DNA of 64,000 nucleotides from Thermoplasmata archaeon. Its GTDB lineage: Archaea > Thermoplasmatota > Thermoplasmata > UBA10834. The translations under genes and the position numbers were made by a program. The DNA lies in NCBI GenBank assembly GCA_041548485.1, contig JBFESP010000006.1, forward strand, positions 19,895-83,894, given 5' to 3'. Positions 39,740 to 48,941 of the stretch are shown here, piece after piece. Numbering within the stretch: position 1 is the stretch's first letter; each line of letters opens with the position of its first letter. Below the pieces are notes generated by a model, which was not told the DNA's origin, did no database searches, and was given only the letters and a program-made list of their open reading frames with translations.

Positions 39740-40593
39740 TCCATCAGCGCCTCGATTGCCGCGGAGACATCTGAGACCCGAGCCCCCCACGGGACTATGG
39801 CGATGTTCCCATCGATCTCGAAACCGTCTTTCACCTTACAGCACTTCGTCAGGACGGGACCGTCCACCTTGACCTTCTGCAGGAGGTCAACGGGACACAT
39901 GTTGACAAGACGCGCCTCGGAGCCATAGACCGCTTTGAACACCCTCGCGGACAGGCTGCACCCGACGACGGCAACCTCTTCTATCTGCTCGGGGGACAGA
40001 CCAGGAGGGTCGTCCATGTAGCCGATCTTCCCCCTGTGGTCCAAACCGGATGCTCTGCACGGGAAGAGCACCGAACGGGCTCCAGACAGCCCTTCGAGGC
40101 TGTTGAGGTCCTCCTCGATGACGTCGTATCGCACATAGCGGTTCTGCAGGATGGAACGCAAGGCCTCATCGACCAATCCGACCAGCTTCGTCGGGCCCGG
40201 CGGGACGACATCGAAAATCGTCAGGCTGAACGGCTCCTGGTCTACGAAGAAAGAGACATGCTCAGACTTCCCACGGACGATGACACACCGTGTTCCGACG
40301 GACTCACGGATGCGTCCCATCTCCGACGCCGAGAGCACATCAAGGGACGGCTCGTCGACGAACGACGTCTCGCCCGGAAGGGACACGATGTTCACAGATG
40401 ACACCGGCAGAAGGACACTGTTGGTCGTGTCCTTCCCGATTTCCGCAACGGCCCAGGTGTCTCCGCGGTTCAGAACAACGTATCGTGTCCTGATGTAGGC
40501 CCTTCTTCCCATCAGATGCAACCTGATCTGCTCTTCGGTGAGCTCGAACTTGACCGAGTGGACGCTGACCTCTTTGCAGTGGTTCGGGAACAT
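39724..40593 (-). CDS. Uncharacterised protein with scattered Cys motifs
   Basis: Long ORF with host-like codon use; FPCRASG, VGCSLS, NMCP, KCCK; ATG 40593 below TTAATTAA. Confidence 0.75.
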   Translation of the reverse strand: MFPNHCKEVSVHSVKFELTEEQIRLHLMGRRAYIRTRYVVLNRGDTWAVAEIGKDTTNSVLLPVSSVNIVSLPGETSFVDEPSLDVLSASEMGRIRESVGTRCVIVRGKSEHVSFFVDQEPFSLTIFDVVPPGPTKLVGLVDEALRSILQNRYVRYDVIEEDLNSLEGLSGARSVLFPCRASGLDHRGKIGYMDDPPGLSPEQIEEVAVVGCSLSARVFKAVYGSEARLVNMCPVDLLQKVKVDGPVLTKCCKVKDGFEIDGNIAIVPWGARVSDVSAAIEALMDHMSS

Positions 40594-40694
40594 GGTCTGT
40601 CGCGTGATGTACATGGTTAATTAGTAGATAGAACCAACGCTGAGAAAAGGATAAAGGGGAGGGGATGCAATCATGCGACTCCGGAGATGGCTCC

Positions 40695-41273
40695 TTGAAG
40701 AACCCAGATGAGTTCCCCACCATAACGACCGAGAGGCTCGTCCTCAGAGAGATCACAGAAGCCGATCTCGAATGGTACTTCAGACACTTCTCCCTGCCGG
40801 AGATCGTCGACAACACGGAATTCCTCGCCCCGAAGGACATGGCGGCCGCAAGAGAGGAGCTCGAATCGTACATTACGAAGCCGTTCAGAGAGAGCACGGG
40901 AATACGCTGGGGCATCACCTTGAAAGGCAGTGACGAGTTGATCGGAAGCTGCGGGTTCTACAAGTGGGAGCACGACCCGCACCGCCGAATCGAGATAGGA
41001 TATGACCTCCATCCTTCCCATTGGGGCAAGGGCATCATGAAGGAGGCGATGAACACCATCATCGACTACGGCTTCGAGAATATGGAGCTGAACAGGATTA
41101 TCCTGTTGGCATTCTCATTCAATGAAAGGTCTACTGCCTTGGCACGGAGCCTGGGATTCGTCAGAGAGGGTGTCCTCAGGGAGAACACCGTCTTCAGGAA
41201 CGAGTTCCTCGATGACGAGTACTTCGCCATGTTGAGGAGCGATTGGGAGAAGCTGCGAGGCCGTGAGGAATGA
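40695..41273 (+). CDS. RimJ/RimL-type GNAT acetyltransferase
   Basis: TERLVLRE, EIGYDLHPSHWGKG.M.EA, N..S......LGF..EG.LR. Confidence 0.9.
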   Translation: MKNPDEFPTITTERLVLREITEADLEWYFRHFSLPEIVDNTEFLAPKDMAAAREELESYITKPFRESTGIRWGITLKGSDELIGSCGFYKWEHDPHRRIEIGYDLHPSHWGKGIMKEAMNTIIDYGFENMELNRIILLAFSFNERSTALARSLGFVREGVLRENTVFRNEFLDDEYFAMLRSDWEKLRGREE

Positions 41274-41422
41274 GCGACGCTCTTCGACTTCATCCCTGAT
41301 GACCTCGGACCGGAACTGCTGTCGAGACTTTGTCCGGATTCAGGCATTCGGAAGTGGGTCGCGTCGCGTAGCATACAACAAGGTTCTTATCCTATACCCA
41401 TGATAACCCGAAGGTCGTACGG

Positions 41423-42493
41423 ATGAAGGGCTACCTTGTCCTTGAAGATGGGACTGTGATGGAAGGGAGGCCTTTCGGTTTTTCCAAGGACGTCACCGGA
41501 GAGGTGGTGTTCTCCACTGGCATGACGGGGTATCAGGAGTCGTTAACAGACCCGTCATACTGCGGACAGGTCCTCGTATCCTCGTATCCCATGATCGGCA
41601 ACTACGGCATCGACCCCGAGAACAACCAGTCGGGGCGCGTGCAGGTCCGAGGCTACGTGATAAGCGAGCTATGTGACGTTCCCAGTCACAGATTCTCTGG
41701 CATGACACTGGACGAATTCCTGAAACGGGACGAGGTTCCCGGCATTTCGAGAATCGACACCAGGGCACTCATCAGAAAGCTACGGCTGAAAGGAACCATG
41801 AGAGGGGCGATCACGACGGCGGATCCCAAGGCGGCTCTCGAACAAGTCCGTGGAATGCGGAATCCCGATGAGGAGAACCTTGTCGCCAGGGTGAGCGCTC
41901 CAGAAGCGGTCGTCTGCGAATCGGGAAAGGGGAGGCGCGTCGTGGTGATCGACTGCGGAGCCAAGGAGAGCATACTGAGAGAGCTCCGAGCGAGGTTCGA
42001 TGTGGTCCAGGTCCCTTTCGACGCTCCAGCTGACAGCATACGCGCTATGGACCCGGACGGCGTCTTCATCACGAACGGTCCTGGGAACCCGGCACAGGAG
42101 GAGATGCTGGAGACGACCGTGGGGACGTTGAGGGAGCTGAAGGAAGAGGTTCCGATGATGGGGATATGCCTCGGGAACCAGCTACTCGCGCTGGCTCTGG
42201 GAGCGAAGACCTACAAGCTCAAGTTCGGACACAGAGGAATCAACCAACCTGTCGGGAAGGACGGCAGGGTGTACATCACATCGCAGAACCACGGATTTGC
42301 CGTTGACGGGGCTTCTGCGGAGGATGTCGGCATGGAGGTCACTTTCGTCAACCTCAATGACGGGACCGTCGAGGGCATGCGGCACTCGGACCTGCCGATC
42401 TTCTCAGTCCAGTTCCATCCAGAAGCGCGCCCCGGACCCCTCGACACGCGCTTCCTGTTCGATGAGTTCGCCGATATGATGGAGGGGGTCTGA
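41423..42493 (+). CDS. carA: Carbamoyl-phosphate synthase small subunit
   Basis: GEVVFSTGMTGYQE, NGPGNP, GICLG (catalytic Cys), SQNHG, QFHPE. Confidence 0.98.
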   Translation: MKGYLVLEDGTVMEGRPFGFSKDVTGEVVFSTGMTGYQESLTDPSYCGQVLVSSYPMIGNYGIDPENNQSGRVQVRGYVISELCDVPSHRFSGMTLDEFLKRDEVPGISRIDTRALIRKLRLKGTMRGAITTADPKAALEQVRGMRNPDEENLVARVSAPEAVVCESGKGRRVVVIDCGAKESILRELRARFDVVQVPFDAPADSIRAMDPDGVFITNGPGNPAQEEMLETTVGTLRELKEEVPMMGICLGNQLLALALGAKTYKLKFGHRGINQPVGKDGRVYITSQNHGFAVDGASAEDVGMEVTFVNLNDGTVEGMRHSDLPIFSVQFHPEARPGPLDTRFLFDEFADMMEGV

Positions 42494-45400
42494 TGCCGAA
42501 GAGGAGGGATCTCCGCAAGATCATGGTGATCGGCTCGGGGCCAATAGTGATCGGACAGGCGGCGGAGTTCGATTTCTCCGGGACGCAGGCGTGCAAGTCA
42601 TTGAAGGAAGAGGGGTACGACACAGTGCTGGTGAACTCCAACCCGGCCACAATCCAGACGGACCCAGAGACTGCAGACGCCGTATACATCGAGCCGTTGG
42701 ACTGCGGCACTCTGACTAAGATAATCGAGAAGGAAGGGGTGGACGGCATACTCGCGGGGATGGGCGGGCAGACGGCACTCAACCTGTGCTCAGAGTTATC
42801 GGAGAACGGTGTGCTGGACCGATTAGGAGTCGAGATGCTCGGAACCAAGACCAGGGCGATCGCACTGTCAGAAGACAGGGAGCTGTTCAGGAGTGCCATG
42901 ATCACGCTCGACGAGCCGATTCCAAGGAGTAGGACCGTCAAGTCAATCGACGAGGCCAGGCGGGCAATCGAAGAAATCGGTGGTTATCCCGTCCTAGTAC
43001 GTCCCGCATACACCCTCGGAGGTACGGGTGGCGGGATAGCCAATGACGAAGAGGAGCTCACCCACATCGTCGGGAGAGGGCTGATATACTCCAGGATCAG
43101 ACAGGTGTTGATCGAGGAGAGCGTCATCGGATGGAAGGAGTACGAGTACGAGGTCATGCGGGACGCGAAGGACAACACGATAATCGTGTGCAACATGGAG
43201 AACCTCGACCCGATGGGCATACACACGGGGGAGAGCATAGTCGTCGCCCCCGCACAGACTCTCAGCGACTCCGATCATCAGTTGCTTAGGTCTGCCGCCC
43301 TCAAGATAATCAGGGCGCTGGAGATCGAAGGGGGAGCGAACATACAGTTCGCTGTGAACCACGACACGGGGGATTACAGAATCATCGAAGTGAACCCAAG
43401 GGTTTCACGCAGCTCCGCCCTGGCTTCGAAGGCTACTGGGTACCCGATCGCCCGCGTGGCGGCGAAGATAGCAGTCGGGATGACGCTGGATGAGATACCC
43501 AACGCCATAACGAAGAGAACCTGTGCGGCGTTCGAACCATCGATAGACTACATCGTTGTGAAGATACCCAGGTGGCCGTTCGACAAGTTCAGGACCGTTG
43601 ACCCCACGCTCGGAACCCAGATGAAGAGCACGGGGGAAGTGATGGCCATCGGCCGCAACTTCGAGGAGGCGCTCCTCAAGGCGACCCGTTCGCTTGAGAT
43701 CGACAAGGTCGGCCTCGAAGGAGGCAATTGGAGCGACGAGGGACTCGATCGCCTTCTCAGAACGGCCACGGATGACCGCCTGTTCGCCATCTCCGAGGCG
43801 CTCCGCCGCGGTATGACGGTCGACGACGTTTGCGGGCTCACTGGATGGGACAAGTTCTTCGTCTCGAAGCTTAAGGGACTCACCGAGATCGAGAACCGAC
43901 TGAAGCACTTCGAAGGAGCAGAGACCCTCGAATCAGCCAAGAACGCTGGCTTCGGAGACGAGTACATAGCCCGCATTTCCGGGAGGGACCCGGAGGACAT
44001 CAGGAAGGCAAGGGAACATTCCGGCATCGGGCCAACATACAAGATGGTCGACACTTGTGCCGCCGAGTTCGAGGCTGAGACGCCGTACTTCTACTCCACC
44101 TACGAGCTAGAGTGCGAGGTCCGACCATCGGACAATAGGAAGATAGTGATAGTCGGCGGGGGTCCGATCAGGATCGGACAGGGGATCGAGTTCGACTACT
44201 GCTGCGTCCACGCATCGCTCGCCCTCAAGGAGGAGGGGGTGGACGCAATCATCATCAACAACAACCCGGAGACGGTCTCGACCGATTTCGACGTCTCGAC
44301 CCGACTCTACTTCGAGCCTATCACCGCGGAGGATGTGCTGAATGTCGTCGAACGCGAGGACGCCGATGGGATCATGCTACAGTTCGGGGGGCAGACCGCA
44401 ATCAACCTGGCCATGAGCCTCCAACGGTCCCTCCAAGGGCGCAAGACGGTCATCCTCGGGACCTCCCCGGATGCGATCGACCTTGCTGAGGACCGGAAGA
44501 GGTTCTCGAGCCTGATGGATTCCCTGGAGATACCGCAGCCGAAATCGGGCACGGGGTTCTCCTTCGAAGAGGTCAGGAACCTCGCCCAGGACATCGGCTA
44601 TCCCGTCCTGATAAGGCCGAGCTATGTGCTCGGCGGCAGGGCCATGGAGATCGTCTACAACGAGGCCGAACTCGAGATGTACATGCGTAGCGCGGCCAAG
44701 GTCTCCAAGCACCATCCAATCCTCGTCGACAAATACCTCACAAGCGCGATAGAGATTGATGTCGACGCGGTATGTGACGGAAGCGAGGTCTACATAGGAG
44801 GCATACTCGAGCATATAGAGGAGGCAGGAGTCCACTCCGGAGACGCCACGATGGTGCTCCCGCCCCAGACCCTGTCCCAGGATGTCCTGGATAGGGTGAG
44901 GGAGATAACCCGCAAGGTCGCCTTCGCGTTAGACACGAAGGGGCTGATGAACCTTCAGCTCGCCTACAAGAACGGGACGGTCTACATGCTAGAGGCGAAC
45001 CCCAGAGCCTCAAGGACGGTCCCGATAATCTCGAAGGCCACAGGAGTCCCGCTCGCAAAGGTGGCCACGAAGATCATGCTCGGCAGAACCCTTGAGCAGC
45101 AAGGACTTGTTGGAGAGGCCAAGATGGAGCACATCGCTGTCAAGGCTTCAGTGTTTCCTTTCCTGAAACTCCCAGGGGTCGACAGCATCCTCGGCCCAGA
45201 GATGAAATCCACAGGGGAGGTGATGGGCATCGACAGGTCCTATCCGGCAGCGGTATGGAAGGCGCTGATCGCATCCGGCCAGAAACTGCCGAAGAGCGGA
45301 AACGTATACATCAGCGTGGCCGAGGAGGACAAGGGGGAACAGGTCGTCGACATCGCTGGGAGGTTGAGCGAGCTAGGGTTCGGCCTCTTCGCCACAAAAG

Positions 45401-45699
45401 GAACCGCGTCATTCCTGCGCTCCGCTGGTCTGGAAGTCACGACGGTTTACATGATCTCCGAGAAGACTTCGCCCGACGCGTTGTCATTGATGAGAGGCGG
45501 TTCTGTCCAGATGATAGTCAACACCCCCACAGAGTCGTCCGGCGCAAGAAGGGACGGTTTCATGATGCGAAGACTGGCGGTGGAGCTGGAGATACCGATG
45601 CTCACGACCCTCAACGGAGCCAGTGCGGCCGTGCTCGCGATGGGGCATGCGATGACCAGGGAGATGTCCGTGAACGACCTGGCCTCGTTCAACTCGTGA
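42493..45699 (+). CDS. carB: Carbamoyl-phosphate synthase large subunit
   Basis: GSGPIVIGQAAEFD, two ATP-grasp halves, C-terminal MGS domain. Confidence 0.98.
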   Translation: MPKRRDLRKIMVIGSGPIVIGQAAEFDFSGTQACKSLKEEGYDTVLVNSNPATIQTDPETADAVYIEPLDCGTLTKIIEKEGVDGILAGMGGQTALNLCSELSENGVLDRLGVEMLGTKTRAIALSEDRELFRSAMITLDEPIPRSRTVKSIDEARRAIEEIGGYPVLVRPAYTLGGTGGGIANDEEELTHIVGRGLIYSRIRQVLIEESVIGWKEYEYEVMRDAKDNTIIVCNMENLDPMGIHTGESIVVAPAQTLSDSDHQLLRSAALKIIRALEIEGGANIQFAVNHDTGDYRIIEVNPRVSRSSALASKATGYPIARVAAKIAVGMTLDEIPNAITKRTCAAFEPSIDYIVVKIPRWPFDKFRTVDPTLGTQMKSTGEVMAIGRNFEEALLKATRSLEIDKVGLEGGNWSDEGLDRLLRTATDDRLFAISEALRRGMTVDDVCGLTGWDKFFVSKLKGLTEIENRLKHFEGAETLESAKNAGFGDEYIARISGRDPEDIRKAREHSGIGPTYKMVDTCAAEFEAETPYFYSTYELECEVRPSDNRKIVIVGGGPIRIGQGIEFDYCCVHASLALKEEGVDAIIINNNPETVSTDFDVSTRLYFEPITAEDVLNVVEREDADGIMLQFGGQTAINLAMSLQRSLQGRKTVILGTSPDAIDLAEDRKRFSSLMDSLEIPQPKSGTGFSFEEVRNLAQDIGYPVLIRPSYVLGGRAMEIVYNEAELEMYMRSAAKVSKHHPILVDKYLTSAIEIDVDAVCDGSEVYIGGILEHIEEAGVHSGDATMVLPPQTLSQDVLDRVREITRKVAFALDTKGLMNLQLAYKNGTVYMLEANPRASRTVPIISKATGVPLAKVATKIMLGRTLEQQGLVGEAKMEHIAVKASVFPFLKLPGVDSILGPEMKSTGEVMGIDRSYPAAVWKALIASGQKLPKSGNVYISVAEEDKGEQVVDIAGRLSELGFGLFATKGTASFLRSAGLEVTTVYMISEKTSPDALSLMRGGSVQMIVNTPTESSGARRDGFMMRRLAVELEIPMLTTLNGASAAVLAMGHAMTREMSVNDLASFNS

Positions 45700-45716
45700 A
45701 TGTGGGCGAGGAGGTT

Positions 45717-46505
45717 TCATTCGTCCTTATCCAGAGTCTTGAGCGCCAGTTCGGCACCCTTGCGTCCCGAGAGAAACATGGAGCCGAAAGTCGGCCCCAT
45801 CCTGGGCAATCCGTACGTGGCCGACACGGACATGCCAATCACTATCAATCCTGGGTGCACGAAGCCGGTCTTCTCCACCACGGCGTCTTCGCTGGCCTCG
45901 ATCCACATAGCACCGCATCCCGGGATCTTGAGCAGGCCCCTCTCCGCAAGCTTCCTCACGACGGAGGCGTCGTGTCCCGTTCCGTCGATGACAACCTTCG
46001 ACTCAAGGGAGATGGGATCGACGCATGCGACAGGCTTGGGCAGATAATTCACGGGGGTCCAGTTCACCACCACCCCCGCAACCCTGTTCTGCTCCCTGAG
46101 AACGATGTCGTCGAACGCAACCATGTTGAGGACCTTGGCGCCGGCTTCGCACGCAGCTGTGATGAGCTTGGAGCATGCCAGGGGCCCAGGGGTGGTGTAG
46201 AGTCCATCCTCGTACTCCTTGCACCTGACCCCCAGCTCGTCCAGTATCTCGTTGGCCGGGGCTCTGACCGTGACGGTATTCATCAGGAAGCCACCCATCC
46301 AGAACCCACCGCCGAGGTAGTTGTTCTTCTCCACGATCACGACATCGACGCCTTTGCTTGCCAGATCATAGGCAGCGACGAGGCCGCTCGGGCCTCCGCC
46401 GACGATGATCACGTCGGAATCGATTGCCTCTTCCATGTCCTTGTTGAACTCGGACAAGATGGCCCGGGTCACGGAGCTCTCAGATGATTTCTCAAAGATA
46501 GGCAT
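45717..46505 (-). CDS. thi4: Thiazole synthase Thi4
   Basis: DVIIVGGGPSGL, LGGGFW.GG, CVDP, DGTGHD, PRMGPTFGSM..SG. Confidence 0.93.
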   Translation of the reverse strand: MPIFEKSSESSVTRAILSEFNKDMEEAIDSDVIIVGGGPSGLVAAYDLASKGVDVVIVEKNNYLGGGFWMGGFLMNTVTVRAPANEILDELGVRCKEYEDGLYTTPGPLACSKLITAACEAGAKVLNMVAFDDIVLREQNRVAGVVVNWTPVNYLPKPVACVDPISLESKVVIDGTGHDASVVRKLAERGLLKIPGCGAMWIEASEDAVVEKTGFVHPGLIVIGMSVSATYGLPRMGPTFGSMFLSGRKGAELALKTLDKDE

Positions 46506-46723
46506 AGTATTACACCGGATTGCGCTGACGGCATACCTGGTACCCGAATATAACGATTGTCATTTCAATCCCCTCGGGTCAATCTGCCGAGGGGGCACGT
46601 ACGGGACAACGATAAAGGCGCTCAGGGCGATATTGAACACACGGAGCGGACAGATGCTTCCGCACGGATGCCCCGCAGGCGAGACCATCTGGTTCCGCTC
46701 CTCCACGCGGAACCGGGATGGGC

Positions 46724-47344
46724 CTAACTCGGGCTGTTGGCTGCGGCTTTCATGCGCTCATACTTCTCCTTGTACAGCTTCGCGCACACACTGCAGCAGA
46801 GGTAATGCGTCCGGCCGTCAAGCTTGATCTTCACACCCTCATCCCTCATCTGATGATCACAGTAGTAGCATTTGATGAGCAAGCTCGTCTCATCCTTGAC
46901 GGATGCCCGGGGGCTCTCCTTCGGGGTTCTGAGGACCATCGAGTTGTCCATCTTGGTTATCTCTGGTATGCTGCCGAGAGAGTGCATGAAGCTCTGGTAC
47001 TTCTTCTGGTCGTAGAAGGACAGGATGCACAGTATCCTGGAGTCCGATAGGACGTGTATCTGCCTGACAATGTCCTCGGTGCAGATCCTGTTCACCACTC
47101 GGTCTATGTCGGAAGGCCTCGCCTCCAAAATCGTGGCGACTGAGACCTGCCCCAAGAGGTCAGCGTCGAGCAGGACGGAATATCCCTTTATCAGGCCGAC
47201 GTCAGTCATGTTCTGGACGCGGGAGCTGACGGTGGGAGTGCTCACCTTCACCTTTGAGGATATCTCCCTGAACGAGGACCGCCCGTTCTCCTGAAGTTGC
47301 CTCAGTATCCTCCTATCGACGTCATCTAGAGTCATCATCTTCAC
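46724..47344 (-). CDS. AsnC/Lrp-family regulator with C-terminal TRASH metal-binding domain
   Basis: LDDVDRRIL..LQENGR HTH; CYYC...YLCCSVC TRASH motif. Confidence 0.88.
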   Translation of the reverse strand: MKMMTLDDVDRRILRQLQENGRSSFREISSKVKVSTPTVSSRVQNMTDVGLIKGYSVLLDADLLGQVSVATILEARPSDIDRVVNRICTEDIVRQIHVLSDSRILCILSFYDQKKYQSFMHSLGSIPEITKMDNSMVLRTPKESPRASVKDETSLLIKCYYCDHQMRDEGVKIKLDGRTHYLCCSVCAKLYKEKYERMKAAANSPS

Positions 47345-47593
47345 CTAACCCTTGGCGCTCACAAGGGATATTCTTTTCGATTGACAGGTACGGGGGGTCT
47401 TCGAGATAACAGTTGAAAACATGTGAACTGAACGCCTCTCCAGACGTTGCGGGCTCATGGCGCGGCCGCCGATCTCTCGCGGTCGGCACAATAATGGTGA
47501 GCAGGAACCGGATGTGTTCATACCCCGTCGGCTCTGAGTACTCTCAAGCACAATGCGACAACTTAATTACGCCCGCAGCACTTCTGCGGAGCC

Positions 47594-47875
47594 ATGGCAT
47601 CCAAGGTGAACGCGGCTCACATACTGGTGAAGGACGAAGCGAAGGCGAAAGACATACTGGCCATGATGAAGAGCGGCAAGGACTTCGGCCAGCTTGCCGG
47701 GACTTACTCGGAATGCCCATCAGGCAAGAACGGTGGGAGCCTCGGTTGGTTCGGAAGAGGGCAGATGGTGAAGGAATTCGAGGACGCTGCGTTCAACGCG
47801 AACAAGGGGGATACCGTCGGCCCCGTCAAGACTCAGTTCGGGTGGCACCTGATCAAGATAACGGACGTCGAGTGA
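47594..47875 (+). CDS. ppiC: Parvulin-type peptidyl-prolyl isomerase
   Basis: AAHILVK, SECPSG..GGSLG.F..GQMV.EFE, PVKTQFGWHLI. Confidence 0.95.
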   Translation: MASKVNAAHILVKDEAKAKDILAMMKSGKDFGQLAGTYSECPSGKNGGSLGWFGRGQMVKEFEDAAFNANKGDTVGPVKTQFGWHLIKITDVE

Positions 47876-47983
47876 TACCCGGCATGTCAGGCATCCAAAC
47901 GAGAGAGCACTGAAGGTCCACCGCCCTCCCTCCGACACCAGCCTTGGTGCCAACTGACGAGGCTAGGCAGTGAAACGAGGGCG

Positions 47984-48859
47984 TCAATCGCCTCCGTACA
48001 TCTCATTAGGCCCAAGATACTCCGGGTGGTCTCCTCGAAGGATGGTACGTGCCACGTAACATAGGTGGCAATCATCCGCGAACCTGTCCATCGGCAGCCC
48101 GACCCCAAGCTTTCGCACCAGCGCCGCCGGACCCCCTTCGATCAGTGCAGAAACCACAGGATGTTTCGACGGGTCGTACTCTTCGATGATGTCCTTCAGA
48201 CTTCTAGAGGCCGTGTCTCCGATGACTATGCCCTGGCATACATGGACCAGGCCAATGGGGTCGATATGGACCCGCCCAGGCGCTCTCAAGTCCTCAGGAC
48301 AGGACCCGAGTTCAGAAACCTCACGGGTGCAGTGGTCCCCCGCGAGTTTGTCCGAGGCACGACCTCTGAAATACAGCCCGCCATCAGCCCCCGCGCCTGC
48401 ATCTGGTTTGCACACCTCGATCACTCCGACCGGGATTCCGAGTCTTTCGGCGGCCTCAACGACCTCACGCGCCCTTCTATCGTCCGGGGAGAATCGGTGA
48501 TACTCATCATCGCTGATGCTCAGGTCCGAAACGCCGAGCTCTGCCAACGGGGCAAGCCACAGCTCCGCGTCCGCAACCGAGGTACCCCAATAGCCGTTGG
48601 TGACGATTCCGACATCGAACCCCATCGAGCGGGCCGCTCTCACCCCTTCCAGGACTACAGGGTAGTAGAGGAATGGTTCGCCCCCCTCGAAGTAGATCGT
48701 CCTGACGCTCTCGATCTCGCTCGCCTGGGCTAGCAACCTGCGAATCATCTCGATCGTCATCGTCGCCTCAAACTGGGGGCTAGCCCACACGAAGCAGTGG
48801 TCGCACTCCCTGTCGCAACGATACGTCGTTAGCAGGTGTACGCCTTCCAAGCCCGACAT
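47984..48859 (-). CDS. Radical SAM protein of unknown function
   Basis: CDRECDHC (CX3CX2C), EGGEPFL, VTNG; extra C-terminal Cys (C..CQG..CHLC). Confidence 0.88.
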   Translation of the reverse strand: MSGLEGVHLLTTYRCDRECDHCFVWASPQFEATMTIEMIRRLLAQASEIESVRTIYFEGGEPFLYYPVVLEGVRAARSMGFDVGIVTNGYWGTSVADAELWLAPLAELGVSDLSISDDEYHRFSPDDRRAREVVEAAERLGIPVGVIEVCKPDAGAGADGGLYFRGRASDKLAGDHCTREVSELGSCPEDLRAPGRVHIDPIGLVHVCQGIVIGDTASRSLKDIIEEYDPSKHPVVSALIEGGPAALVRKLGVGLPMDRFADDCHLCYVARTILRGDHPEYLGPNEMYGGD

Positions 48860-48941
48860 GATGACGAACCACCGTCGACTGAATACGCCATACGCTATGA
48901 GGCGGATATTGAAAGGGTTTGCCGCGTTCCTTCGAATCCGC

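Noticed and set aside
41296..41377. Second box C/D or H/ACA RNA (CTGATGA, downstream ACA)
   Set aside because: No correctly spaced CTGA D box, and the ACA is too far from any pocket
41271..41426. TGA readthrough of the GNAT gene giving ATLFDF (PIP-box-like), with a SECIS-like stem
   Set aside because: The GNAT domain is already complete, the stem lacks a proper SECIS helix, and a 50-codon open frame is common in GC-rich DNA
45255..46487. 410-aa plus-strand ORF and other long shadow ORFs (e.g. 5628-6926, 60764-61933)
   Set aside because: Antisense or alternate-frame shadows of well-supported genes, expected from high GC at third codon positions
46506..46723. TPP riboswitch upstream of thi4
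   Set aside because: No UGAGA/ACCUG aptamer core on the minus strand; a TATA-like element lies only ~45 nt above the ATG; hairpins at 46570-46594 and 46691-46714 look like generic terminator or operator repeats
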